DNA from: Scyliorhinus canicula
Taxonomy: Eukaryota
Reading direction: 5' to 3'
NCBI RefSeq assembly: GCF_902713615.1
Contig: NC_052146.1
Span: forward strand, 25,774,135-25,838,134
DNA length: 64,000 nt
In this document: positions 37,350 through 49,550 of the stretch, one piece after another
How the letters are laid out: every line of letters begins with the position of its first letter
How positions within the stretch are numbered: position 1 is the first letter of the stretch
The notes under the pieces: generated by a model
Databases searched by the model: none
Told to the model about the DNA's origin: nothing
Seen by the model: the letters and a program-made list of their open reading frames with translations, nothing else
Program-made: the position numbers and the translations under genes

Positions 37350-37531
37350 AAACGAAAAATGTAAATCGCTTATTGTCACAAGTAGGCTTCAAATTAAGTT
37401 ACTGTGAAAAGCCCCTAGTCGCCACATTCCAACGCCTGTTCGGGGAGGCTGATACGGGAATCGAACCGTGCTGCTGGCCTGCCTTGGTCTGCTTTAAAAG
37501 CCAGCCCTTTAGCCCTGTGCTAAACAGCCCC
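37350..37531 (-). mobile_element. GGGGCTG-head SINE
   Basis: Same family as 27541 and 35991. Confidence 0.78.
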
Positions 37532-37569
37532 TACTTTAGGTATATCTTGCAATCAACTTTCCATGGTGC

Positions 37570-38384
37570 TCAGTAGAGGAGCTGAAAACTAAGTGGGAGG
37601 GGGAACTGGGGGAACAGATCGAAGACGGGACATGGGCTGATGCCCTGGAGAGGGTTAATTCTTCCTCCTCGTGTGCGCGGCTTAGCCTCATCCAATTCAA
37701 GGTGCTGCACCGGGCCCACATGACTGGGACGAGGATGAGTAGGTTCTTTGGGGGTGAAGACAGGTGTGTCAGGTGCTCGGGGAGTCCAGCAAACCATGCC
37801 CATATGTTCTGGGCATGCCCGGCACTGGAGGAGTTCTGGAAGGGGGTGGCGAGGACGGTGTCGAGGGTGGTGGGATCCAGGGTCAAGCCAGGATGGGGAC
37901 TCGCGATTTTTGGGGTTGGGGTGGAGCCGGGAGTGCAGGAGGCGAAATAGGCCGGTGTGCTGACCTTTGCGTCCCTAGTAGCCCGGCGAAGTATCTTGCT
38001 ACAGTGGAAGGACGCGAGGCCCCCAAGCGTGGAGACCTGGATCAATGACATGGCGGGTTTCATTAAGCTAGAGAAGGTCAAATTCACCCTGAGAGGGTCA
38101 GTACAAGGGTTCTTTAGGCGGTGGCAACCTTTTCTCAACTTTCTGGCTCAACGATAGGGTACGGGGACAGTAGCAGCAGCAACCCGGGGCGGGGGGGGGG
38201 GAGGAATGGGGGGGGGGGGGGGGAATGGGGGGGGCGGACGATGACTATGTTTGTTTATTTAATTTAAATTTATTTTTAAGTTCTTCTGTTGTTCATTGGG
38301 GTTGGGGGGGTGGGGGATGGGATACATGCGTCGTTACATTTTATATTTTCTGTAAAAAATTCCAATAAAAATTATATTAAAAAA
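37570..38384 (+). mobile_element. 5'-truncated L1-clade LINE with perfect TSD
   Basis: C-terminal Cys/His motif (CVRCSGSPANHAHMFWAC), G-rich UTR, AATAAA and A tail. 15-bp TSD AACTTTCCATGGTGC at 37555-37569 and 38385-38399. Confidence 0.9.
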
Positions 38385-38399
38385 AACTTTCCATGGTGC

Positions 38400-39462
38400 G
38401 TCTCCTACAAAAACACAACGTCCGCCTTCAAACTCCTCAATTGCGTGAAAACACGCAACCGCTGAACCGGTCCATTCATCCCTCGCACATTCCAAATAAC
38501 CAGCCTGCTCGGGGGGCTCACGGCCTCCTCCTGTCCCGATCAGCCATACCCCTTCTCAAACTGCGCCGCACTAACCACACCCATGTCAGCAACCCTCCCC
38601 CAACCCAAACAGAGAATCAACCCCATCCCCCCTCACTCCTCCCCCACACCTTCTCCCTGGCAACACTCCACTTTAATCCCATTAACTAGCCCAGCCAGCT
38701 AACATGGTAGCCCTCGCCCAAAACCTCTGACTACCCCTCATCCTTCGAATCCACCCCGCACCCTTCTCAACCCTCCCAGCAACCAGCAAACAAAGAGAAA
38801 CCAAAGGCATAATCACCATCACCACTCCCCCGCCGTACCCTTCCCCAATCCATCCACCCAAAGTGTCCCACACTTTACACAGATCTCCTCTCTAACGTTC
38901 AATGTACTCACACTCCTGGAGCGGTTCTGAAGGTCCTCCAGCTTCTCCTTCAGGGCTGCTCAACACCATTCCCATCTCCGCCTCCAGTGAGGTCAATCGA
39001 TCCTCATGCACCACCACCGACTCCTCCACGTTTTGGATTGCCAGGCCCTGAGCCTCCTGCCTCTGTTCCACCCGCTCGATCGCCGCCATAAACAGCTCCA
39101 CCACCTTGACCAAATCCTCTGAGGTCTCCTTCCACTGCTGCTGAAATTTGCCATTGAGGCAATTCCACCAGCTATTCCATTGACCACTGGGAGGGCAGCA
39201 CTGACCCCTTGCTATCCGCCATCTTCTCCTGTGTTGCATTGCAAAATCTTTTCTGCACCAGTTACTCGCTCTTCCTCGTGGCACTCCTCGTCCGATGAGC
39301 CATACTCCAGCCCCACCAGAGGAGTATCACATTCCCTGGGCACTCATGCACCTTCTGCTACGAACATCACACAATTCGGGTGGGAAAGGACCAAAAAAAC
39401 CCACCTCGACTGAGAGCCACCAAATATGCGACCACTCACTCCATGGCCGCCATCGAAGGTCC
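38400..39462 (-). mobile_element. 5' part of a degenerate L1-clade LINE
   Basis: Reverse 5' end GGACCTTCGATGGCGGCCATG and a coiled-coil ORF1-like frame (AIERVEQRQEAQGLAIQNVEE). Confidence 0.6.
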
Positions 39463-40930
39463 TTCATCAACCCGGTTTGTCAATTGCACAAAGAATTCAA
39501 TCAAATTTGTGAGGCAAGACCTTCCTTTAGCAAACCCATGCTGACAATCCCTGACTAGTCCATGCCATTCTACACAACAGTTAATGCTGTCTCTCAGGAT
39601 TGATTTTATTAATTTGCCCACCACTGACGGAAGTCTAACTGGCTCATAATTTGTTGGTACTTCCTTTGACACTTTTTAAACCATGGAACCATGTTTGCAT
39701 TTCTCCTGTCCTCTGGTACCTCCCCTGTACCGAGTGAGGATTGGAAAATCATCCTCAGAGTATCTGCTATTTGCTCCATGACCTCCTTTGGCAGCCTCGG
39801 AACAACCTATCAGACCCTGGCAGCTTATCAACTTTCATGGATCCCAACCCTTTATCCATGACCTCCTTCAACAGTCCCAAGACGAGGTCTAGAATTGCAT
39901 CTCTCTCGTTGGGTTTGTCACTGATTGTTGAAAAGATTTCCTGGACACACTGTATGATTTTTTTCTCCCTCAGTGTCCCTTATATTCTTTGGTCCCCAGC
40001 TGATATTGGGTTAGTTAAAGTCTCCTAGTATTATTGCCCTCATGTTCTTACAGGCAGGAATTTGCCTACATATTTGTTCTTCCATCTCCTTTTCACTATT
40101 TGGGGGTCTATAGTCTACTCCCAGCGTAATTGCCCCTTTTTTATTTCAAAGCTCAACCCATAAAGCCTCATTCGCTGACCCGTTTAGTATATCATCGTTG
40201 GCCCATTTAGTATATCCTTTTTAATCTTCCACGCTATTGTGTCTGAAGACTCTATAACCAGGGAAATTCAACTCCCAATTTTGCACCTCTTGTTTCCATT
40301 ATAGCACCAATCTACTGCCTTGGATGGGATTCTCCGGAAAGATTACTAAGTGTGGTAGCTTTAGGAGTGTTTTCAAGGACTGAGTATTGAGGTGGCTTTT
40401 ACATGGGGTTCCTCCCTTTTAGTTACAGCTCAGCGGAACACAAAGGCCTGCAGACACATGCACTCTGGTTAAGACGGCTTTATTTTTCTAAGCTTGGTCA
40501 ACATATGATTTGGATAAATGCCAAAACCACTCTGCTTTACACTAGTGCAGACGCCCCAATTATCCAATTTTCCAAAAAGCAATCACCCACCCCAGTTAGA
40601 CTTGATCCAATCCTTGGAGCTGTCAATTTTATATTGACCAAAAAGTTTATTATAAGTAGCATGATGACTGTGATCAACTCATGATTTAACCCCATCCTGC
40701 CACCTGCTCTTTACCAGGATGCATTATCTGTTATGAATTTGTTTTTTTGCCATTCCCATGTTACTTATCTTAGCTTGTTCGTGGTTGTTCATCCATGGGC
40801 AGGATGTTGAAGTTGGTTCCTCTTTACCCCACAAACTGTTACTGAGCTGTCTGTGTTATTGCTGACCACACTATTTCTGTCTAATCTTGTTTGTCTTAAA
40901 ACATGGGCAAGTTAGCTAGCTTAAATCCCA
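39463..40930 (-). mobile_element. Old CR1 fragment
   Basis: NYEPVRLPSVVGKLIK...QHGFAKGRSCLTNLIEFF. Highly decayed further right. Confidence 0.65.
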
Positions 40931-40996
40931 TCATGCATTGTGGACACTGCTTGTAGCAAGAATTTGAATGCTCGTTACTGCTATGTTCTAAAAATA

Positions 40997-42170
40997 CGCA
41001 GCGTTGCCAATGCCCTGTGTAGGTATTCAGGGAGCCCAGTGGTGCAGTCCACAGTCAAGATATGGAATCAGTTGAGGAGACATTTTAGGGTGAAAGGGAG
41101 GTCGGTGTTGACGCTGCTGTGTGAGAATCATATGTTTGAGCCGGGGGGGGGGGGGGGGGGGGGGGGTGGATAGTGTATACAGGAGGTGGAGGGAAGTGGG
41201 GCTGATCAAGGTGATGGATCTGTATTTGGAGGAAGGGTTTGCCAGTCTGGAGGAGCTAAGGGAGAGGGTAGAGCTGCCGAGGGTGAGTGAGTTCAGGTAT
41301 CTGCAGGTAAGGGACTTTGCACGAATGGTCCGGAAGGGGTTCCCTAGATTGCCGGGATACACTCTGCTGGAGAGACTGCTGCTTCAGGATATGGAAAGGG
41401 AGGGAAGAATTGGGGATATATACAAGTGGCTGGGGGAGCAGGGAGGCGAGCACGTGGTGAAGATCAAGGAGAATTGTAAGCGGAGTTGGGAGGGGAGATC
41501 AATTGGGGAGTATGGAGGGAGGCACTGCGTAGGGTAAATGGGACCTCCTCTTGTGCAAGGATGAGCCTGGTACAGTTTAAAGTGGTGCACAGGCGTGAGC
41601 ATGACTGAGTTCTTTCAGGGGGTAGCAGATGAGTGTGAGGTGTGGGTGGGGACCAGCAAATCAAGCCACATGTTTTGGGGGAAATTGGGAAGATTCTGGG
41701 CGGGTGTGTTCATGGTCTTAGCCAGGATAGTGGAGGAGGTGGTGGACCCGAACCCTTTTGGTGGCCATATTTGGGTTTCAGAGAAGCCGGAGCTCATGGT
41801 GTGGAGGAAGGCCGATGTCTTGGCCTTCGCCTCTCTGATTGCACAGCGGAGAATTTTACTGGAGTGGCATCGCTCCCGGGGGTAGCGGCCTGGTTGGGTG
41901 ACCTGTATGACTTCCTGTGGTAGAGAAGATAAAGTATGAGTTAAGGGGCTTTGCAGGGGGGGTTTGAGAAAAGTTGGGGGATGTTTGTGACCATGTTTGA
42001 GGGGCTATTTGTCGCAGGGTGGGGGGGGGGGTGGGGGGCAGCGGATAGGGGGAGAGTGAAAAAGGGAAAAGATTTGTACAGACTGTATAGTTGATTGCTG
42101 GGAAGTCTGTTTCCTCGGGTGTTTATTTCCTGTAACCTGTTATATGTTTGTAATAAACTACATTTTTTGA
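40997..42170 (+). mobile_element. 5'-truncated L1-clade LINE
   Basis: ORF2 C-terminal frames (FRYLQVRDFAR), G-rich UTR and AATAAA. TSD-like TATGTT(T)CTAAAAATA at 40982-40996 and 42171-42186. Confidence 0.8.
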
Positions 42171-44670
42171 TATGTTTCTAAAAATAAATGTTCAATGGGT
42201 AGTAATGATTACTGGAAATACTTTCTATGATTAGTCGCAATCCTCAATAAACTAACTTATGTAGAACTATTCTAGTGTTATCCTAGCTATCCAACTTTAA
42301 GGGGTCTCATCTCAGGACATCTCCCTTCAGTAGTGAGCGGGAAATGCCACGACCTTCCGGACCCTCGGCCTGGATTGGCTCCGGGGTGACGGATATAAGA
42401 ATCCGCACCACCTTCGAGAAGTCTGCCCTGGAGGTGACTGGGGTGGCTGAAGACAGAGCAGTCACCAACGCAGAGGCTGGCAGAGGTCGCAGAGATGAGG
42501 AGTCACCCGCCTCGGCCAAAGGACCTGTCAAACATGAGTTGTTATTGCCTCACTGACTGACCCATCCCTCCGACTGGCCACATTCTCCCACAGGTCCTCC
42601 AGCCGCCGGCACTGGCCCATTCCGGGTGGCCCCCTCCAGCCTCCCATGGGAACATCTCGGAGGAGAGCTCCGTGGATGCCACCATAATAGTCACGGCACA
42701 GCTGTCATCCCCACCCTCCACCAGCAGAGATACACACACCTCGGTGGGAAATGTTAGTGGTCAGGCGACTGGGGCATAATCTGGTGAGCACCGCACTGCT
42801 GATGGTGCACATCAGGTCGAGGCAGAGACTCCCAGGTGAGACAATAGTTGGAGGTCTGCTCGATCCCAGGACCCAGTTGGGTCCCAGCCTAATGCTGAGC
42901 CTGTGGAAGAAGTAAACCCGGAGCTGATGGAGACGTTAGGGAGTTGCCGGGACATTCAGAGGGAGATCTCAGCGACACTCCAGCAGATCCATAGCCGATT
43001 GGAGGAGTCCCAGAGGCTATGGGTGCAGGAGATGTTGCTGGCAATGTGTGGTACCGAGGCCAACACTGCTAGGGTGGCGACTGCAGTGGAAAGCCCAGTG
43101 CATGATGCCAGCATCATTGGTGAAGGTGTCCAAGGTGTCACACAGTCGGTGACAGCCATGGCGGAGGGCCCCGGCAGTATGACAGCCTCGCTGGGGGATG
43201 TCACCCAGCGCCAGGCCCACCTTTCTGAGATTCTGCGGGACATTTCCCGCTCTCAGGTGGGCACTGCCGAGGCATTGTCCCAGTCATTGAGGAGCATCGC
43301 CGAGGGCATCGACACGATGGTGCGGGCCATGGGGAACCGCCAGGGTGGCAGAGCCAGATGATGCAGGGGCAGCCGGGGCTCGAACCAGCTGTCCCTCCGT
43401 CCCAAGGTGAACCCCAGGGCCTTATGGGTACTACTCAGGTTGAGGGGACACTGTGTGTCCCATTGAGTGGCGTCAATGGTCACCAGCTCCCCCGAGTTCC
43501 TCTGATGACACCGTGTCTCACAGTCAGCACACGGGACAGGGCGGCACGGCTGTGCATGTGCCGCCGACAAGTGAGCTGGCTCCCTCCGGCCCAAGAGCCC
43601 CAGAGGACGCCCGCCAAGGGCATCAAAGGCCACAGGATGACGTAAGCAGCTGGCTGCCTCCGAAGGATGTGGAAGCATTGGAAAGGGTGCAGAGGAGATT
43701 TACCAGGATGTTGCCTGTTGCTGAAGGACTTAAGGCTGTTTTCGTTAGAGAGAAGGTTAAGAGGTGACTTAATTCAGGCATACAAGATGATCAGAGGATT
43801 AGATAGGGTGGACAGTGAGAGCCTTTTTCCTCGGCTGGTGATGTCCAGCACGGGGGGACATAGCTTTAAATTGAGGGGAGGTAGATATAGGACAGATGTC
43901 AGAGGTAGGTTATTTACTCAGAGTAGTAAGGGCGTGGAATGCCCTGCCTACAACAATAGTGGACTCGCCAACACTAAGGGCATTTAAATGGTCATTGGAT
44001 AAACATATGGATGATAAGGGAATAGTGTCGATGGACTTTAGAGGGGTTTCACAGGTCGGTGCAACATCGAGGGCCGAAGGGCCTGTACTGCACTGTAATG
44101 TTCTATGTTCTAACTCAGATGTGCATCCTGGGGACACACCTCGATGTAGTGGTAGAGTTAGGAAGGCCCAGCACATCAGGAATCACTGAATGCACCAGGG
44201 GAGGGCGAGGGGTGGGTAGAGGGTGAGGGGGTGGTGGCAACATCGGGAGATTTGGGAATTGATACACACAATAAACACCCTTGTGCACAACCAGTATGAT
44301 GCCTCTGTCACTTTCATCTGCAATGCGGGCCAACCTCAGAATCCTTGGTGCATCTCTCCAGGTATCCCCCCCTCATGGTGGTACTCACCCACTCTCCTGC
44401 CATGGACATGGCCCCGGAGCTGTGTCCCATCCACTGGGTGTTCAGCTGTTGTGTGTGTGGTGTTGTCTCCTGCAGTGTTCAGGCACAGTGTCCATGCATC
44501 AAGGTGTGATTGGGTTGCTGGGCAATGAGTCCCCTGAACTACGTGGCCCGCCCACCCACCGGAATCCACCTGGATTGTGTGAAATGCTCATGTAACCAAA
44601 ATTGCCAATTCCCTATTAGCAATAGCCTTCAGCTGCATGGCCCATAGCCTCTGCAATCGATGGGGGTTAT

Positions 44671-45040
44671 AGAACATAGAACATAGAACAGTACAGCACA
44701 GAACAGGCCCTTCAGCCCTCAATGTTGTGCCGAGCCATGATCACCCTACTCAAACCCACGTATCCACCCTATACCCGTAACCCAACAACCTCCCCCTTAA
44801 CCCTACTTTTATTAGGACACTACGGGCAATTTAGCATGGCCAATCCACCTAACCCGCACATCTTTGGACTGTGGGAGGAAACCGGAGCACCCGGAGGAAA
44901 CCCACGCACACACGGGGAGGACGTGCAGACTCCACACAGACAGTGACCCAGCCGGGAATCGAACCTGGGACCCTGGAGCTGTGAAGCATTTATGCTAACC
45001 ACCATGCTACCCTGCTGCCCCGTTGCTACCCTGCTGCCCC
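44671..45040 (-). mobile_element. HE1-like SINE present only in copy 2
   Basis: TSD GGTTAT. Empty site near 7385-7390. Confidence 0.88.
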
Positions 45041-45270
45041 GGTTATGGGTGGTCGGTGGGGCAGATGGGCAGAGACAAGGGTCGCCCTCGGAATGGGTAC
45101 CAGGGGATCCAGGGATTGGCATGGCGGTGCAGCGTGCAGATGCCCCATGGCTGCCCCCCCAAGGGCCTCCCCTCACCCTCCCATGGCAGTCCAATCCTGC
45201 GCAGTTTCCCACGCCCCCCCCTCCCCCCCACGCCCCCCACCCGACGAGGGTTCCTCAACCTCCGCTGAGA

Positions 45271-45456
45271 AGGGGCTGGTTTAGCACACTGGGCTAAATA
45301 GCTGGCTTTTAAAACAGACCAAGGCAGGTCAGCAGCACAGTTCAATTCCCATAATACCAGCCTTCCCGAACAGGTGCTGGAATGTGGCAACTTGGGGCTT
45401 TTCACAGGAACTTCATTGAAGCCTATTTGTGACAATAAGCGATTTTAATTTAATTT
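45271..45456 (+). mobile_element. GGGGCTGGTTTAGC-head SINE present only in copy 2
   Basis: Empty site CCGCTGAGCACTGGGG near 7605-7620. Confidence 0.8.
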
Positions 45457-46023
45457 CACTGGGGTAGCAGGCCCAGCACCCACGGGCTTTGCCTGTGAGA
45501 AAAGGTGGCTACTCACCTCCTCGGCTTCCCACAGGAGCCCTTCAGGTTTTTCAAAAGGAGTACTAATCGGCACCATGACCACTTGCTGGGGAGGCCGCTG
45601 AATGACAGGAGGCCGCTGGATATGGGGTCGCTCCTGTTAATTGTATGGATATAGGGCTTAAATGGTGAGAAATGGCTTCTCTCCACATTACGGCGAGATC
45701 CCGATTTTGCCGACAGGTGTCGGCCGGTTGCATCGCCAACAGTTTGGTGCCTAGCGTGGTTCTCATTTTTGGCCTTTAATGCTATTCACAGGCCTCGTTT
45801 CCCTTCAGCGAGAGCGTAGCGAGGCCAGAGAATCATGGCCCTTGTGTCAACCTGTGCCCTCAACTCGTCTACCGTGTTTGGGATACTTGTAGCATCACAT
45901 TCCTGGATTTTGAGGCCAGAGTGTTTAGCAAGATAATTAAACTGCCTGGTGTGATGCAGTGTCATTTTATCGATTAGATTGTCCACTCCCTGGTGACAGC
46001 TTGGATCAGGCAGCTAATCCTTC

Positions 46024-46305
46024 TGAGTCACCGCTCAGCTGATTCTATTCTTGTTGTTTTTGATTGTGGCACCAGAGAGGAATCTGAAACGGAGCCAACT
46101 TGGGATTCAACACCTGTTACCTGTAACAAGGTTCACTTTCTGTTCTGACTGGGAGCTTATTTCCCAGACTCTGGGTCGAGGCTTTGGGAAATGAAAGGTC
46201 AGCTCAGGTCTCAGTTGTTTGTTCTAACAGAGCAGGAGGGTGGGAGCTATCAGAGGGAAGGAGGGCAGTGACGTTCAGAAACTGTCTATGATAAGAAAAG
46301 GAGTG
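46024..46305 (+). promoter_or_regulatory. Putative ISG15-A2 promoter
   Basis: Same motifs as A1: TGAGTCA 46024-46030 and GGAAATGAAA 46187-46196. Confidence 0.6.
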
Positions 46306-47447
46306 AGGAGGGAGGCAGATATTCACTCACTTATTGAACCGAGGAAACACAGAAGATTCTGTGAGACACAGAGCAGTGGAAGCAGGCAGAGTTTTATTCA
46401 CTGACTCCAGATCGGAGAGTTGGTGTCGAGGAAAACAGAGAAAACAAACTGTACAGGAAGTGAACCTGTCATCAATCTGCAGATCAAAATTCTTCTGATT
46501 CACCTGAACTTGTGCATCCAGCAAGGATTGTGAGGTATACTGCCCTTTTGTTTAAGAATCTCAATATTCTAATTCTAGATTTTATATTGGGGTTTGAATC
46601 TCAATGAAATTCACAATTTAAAATAAGCTCTTAATATTCCCTGAAGTGGGACAGTGTTATAACCCACACAGGCCATACAGGGTTGGGATGATTAACTTCA
46701 CCGTGGAGATTGCAGAATACGAGCTCCCCCGGCAGGGGGCAGGGGGACCTTTAACAACACTTGGCTTAGTCGAAATAGAGTTGGTCAGTGAGGCAGCAAC
46801 TGGAGAAGACCCAGTAGGGATCTACTGGAGCTGTATAACATAGTCATTGTAAAATAAAGTAAGTTTTTGTTTAGACCAACTCAGTGTGGACGTTTCGTTG
46901 CCCTTACAAAATACATTATCATTTTTTAAATTCTACAGCCGTTTTCCTCCATTTACACACATTCTCTTACACTCTATTGATCAAGAAAAACCCACAGAAT
47001 TCCTGAGCCCATGTTCCCATCTCCTGATAAACCAAATTCCAAGACTGAATCACATTACACAGCTCACTGAGAGCTACTACAGGCAGATGCCACTCTGCAG
47101 CTCAGCAGACAGATCCTCCAGTTTCTGAATAGTTTAACAATGATCAGGATACAGCAGCAAAGACACATCCAAATGCAAAAGGTGAACAGATTGAGAATCT
47201 GCTACTTTTTTCCAGGCTGGAAGGAAGCAGTTTGTGAAGATTGGTTTCTTTGGGATTCAGATATTGCGGAAGAAGCCAGATTTTGGGTTTATTGTAGCTG
47301 AGATTTGAGTCTCAGTGTTTACAGCCAGTGACTGACACAATGTGTAATGTGTATTAAATTCTCTCATTCATTCTTCGCAATTGACCTGTGAGATAAAGTG
47401 TCCCCATTAGTGACATCCTGTTCATTTCTCAACAGCAATTTGACAAG

Positions 47448-47915
47448 ATGAGACTCCAGGTGAAGTTTATGACCGGTGAGGATATTGAACTTGAGATCGA
47501 CCCTTCCATCCAAGTCTCAGCTCTCAAGAAGATGATATATAAAAAAGCCAACGTTCCCCATTTCTGTCAGCGCCTGGTGGTACAAAATGGAAGCACAGAG
47601 GAGCTGAGGGATGACAAGAGGCTGTGTGACTACAATGTCTCTCCCAGCAATGTTGTCATGCTGATTGTCAAGAAGGAGGAGCGCATGCAGATATTCCTGA
47701 AGAACGAAAAGGGGAAATCAACTACATATGATGTTCTTCCCTCTGAGTCTGTTCGGGATTTTAGAGCACGTGTACAGCGGCAGGAGGGTGTCCCAGCCAA
47801 TCAGCAGCGCCTGGTGTATGACAACAAACAGCTGGAGGATGGTCACTCACTCGCTGACTACAATATTCAGTCTGAGAGCAACATCTCCCTTGCGTTGCGT
47901 CTACGAGGTGGTTAA
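47448..47915 (+). CDS. isg15: ISG15-like di-ubiquitin protein, type A copy 2 (155 aa)
   Basis: Intact. Differs from A1 by Q103R, T136A and one silent change. Acceptor AG 47434-47435 and AATAAA 48738-48743. Confidence 0.93.
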   Translation: MRLQVKFMTGEDIELEIDPSIQVSALKKMIYKKANVPHFCQRLVVQNGSTEELRDDKRLCDYNVSPSNVVMLIVKKEERMQIFLKNEKGKSTTYDVLPSESVRDFRARVQRQEGVPANQQRLVYDNKQLEDGHSLADYNIQSESNISLALRLRGG

Positions 47916-49550
47916 CATGAATTTGCAGCAATTAAGATCTCTGATTAATTACCGAAATAATTAATTTATCGTCTATCATTGATCATTTGTTTTTCATACG
48001 CTTCTGTTTTCTATTGTGTTGTTTGTTAGAGACACAAGATTGCCCAGTCACTGACCTTTTAATGATACCTTTGGTTCTTATTCCCAATTGCTGTGGTTCA
48101 CTTTGTAAGTACTGGAGGTTTGTTCAACAGATAATGACTGGCGAGGGATTGATGCCAACTGAGGCCTGGATGCAGGTCACCTTCCTACATTCTCAGCCAG
48201 GAATAGATGCTGGTACAATACATTGAACACAATTTTTACAAAGAACAGCAACTTAATGAACAAGATAGGAGGAATGAGGGAACCAGTGATACATTGTGTC
48301 AGATTCTGATCAATGATTTATATTACAGCAGTTCAAATCAATACTGCCTGATCACTGCTCTAAAGTTACTCTTAAAGATTCTTCGGAAGAGTTAAGATAA
48401 TAATGGTCCAGTCCCTAATTCATTGACAGATCCAGACTGGCCTCCCATTCAGTGCTAATTCACCTTCTCACTCACAGCTGTTATGTCAATTCCAAAAATG
48501 TTTCACTTGCCAAACATTCCCCAGAAAAGATCAGAATAAGATCCACAACCGTTTGCTTCCTGTTTCATTTACAAGTAGTTACCTGAGCCTGAATGTTTTC
48601 TTGGAAAAATGGTTGAGTTCTGAATTGGGGTGTTTTAATCTGGGTGCTTCATGTTTTACAATAGCTGAGGATATCAGGACTGCATTTTGTTCCTGCCAGA
48701 TTGTCCAATGTGATTTGAAAGTAAAGCTGTTTATTTTAATAAAAATGAAATGTGTGTTTATATCTCTCTGAAGTGTCTGTGGTTTTATCTGCTTTAAAAT
48801 TAAAATAAAATATATCTATCCGAGTGTCACATGTAGGCTTACATTAACACTGCAATGAAGTTGCTGTGAAAATCCGCTCGTCGCCACAGTCTGGCGCCTG
48901 TTCAGGTACACTGAGAGAAAATTCAGAATGTCCAATTCACCAAACAAGCACGTCTTTCAGGACTTGTGGGAGGAAACCGGAGCACCCGGAGGAAACCACG
49001 CAGACACCGGGAGAACGTGCAGACTCCACACAGAGAGTGACCCAAGCCGGGAATCGAACGCAGGTCCCCGGCGCTTTGAAGCAACAGTGCTAACCACTGT
49101 GTTACCGTGCCACCCATGAAAGAGGAGAGATTTCACCCTTTGACACTGGTTATTGTGTGGCCAAAAGCACTTTTTCCACCCTCTCCTCAATCTGGACAAA
49201 AACTAAAATCATTTAATTGACATCACTGTTGGCAATGTGGAGATGCCATCGTGCTACCAGCCACAACACTGTAATCACTTCCGTGTTTATTCATAGTTAG
49301 GCTGACACAGGAAGTATAAATAAAGGCCGTGCCTTTCATCATAGGGTCTGAGTCAGAATGGCCGAGTGATTCAGGGACATTTCATGGTAAATGTTTGCTA
49401 ATTTGCATTCCAGTCAATTACCTGTTGTATGGCTGCAAAGAAATGACGCAAAGAACAAGGCAGGTGAACAAACAGGGGCTTATTTTGGGCAAAACAACAT
49501 TATATAGAACAATGATAGGAATGCTTTAAAACTCAACGGCTCCGAGACTC

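Larger units (their letters stand above)
42301..45840. mobile_element. Harbinger-like remnant, copy 2, with nested CR1 (43661-44112) and two extra SINEs
   Basis: Homologous to 5060-7996. Confidence 0.5.
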
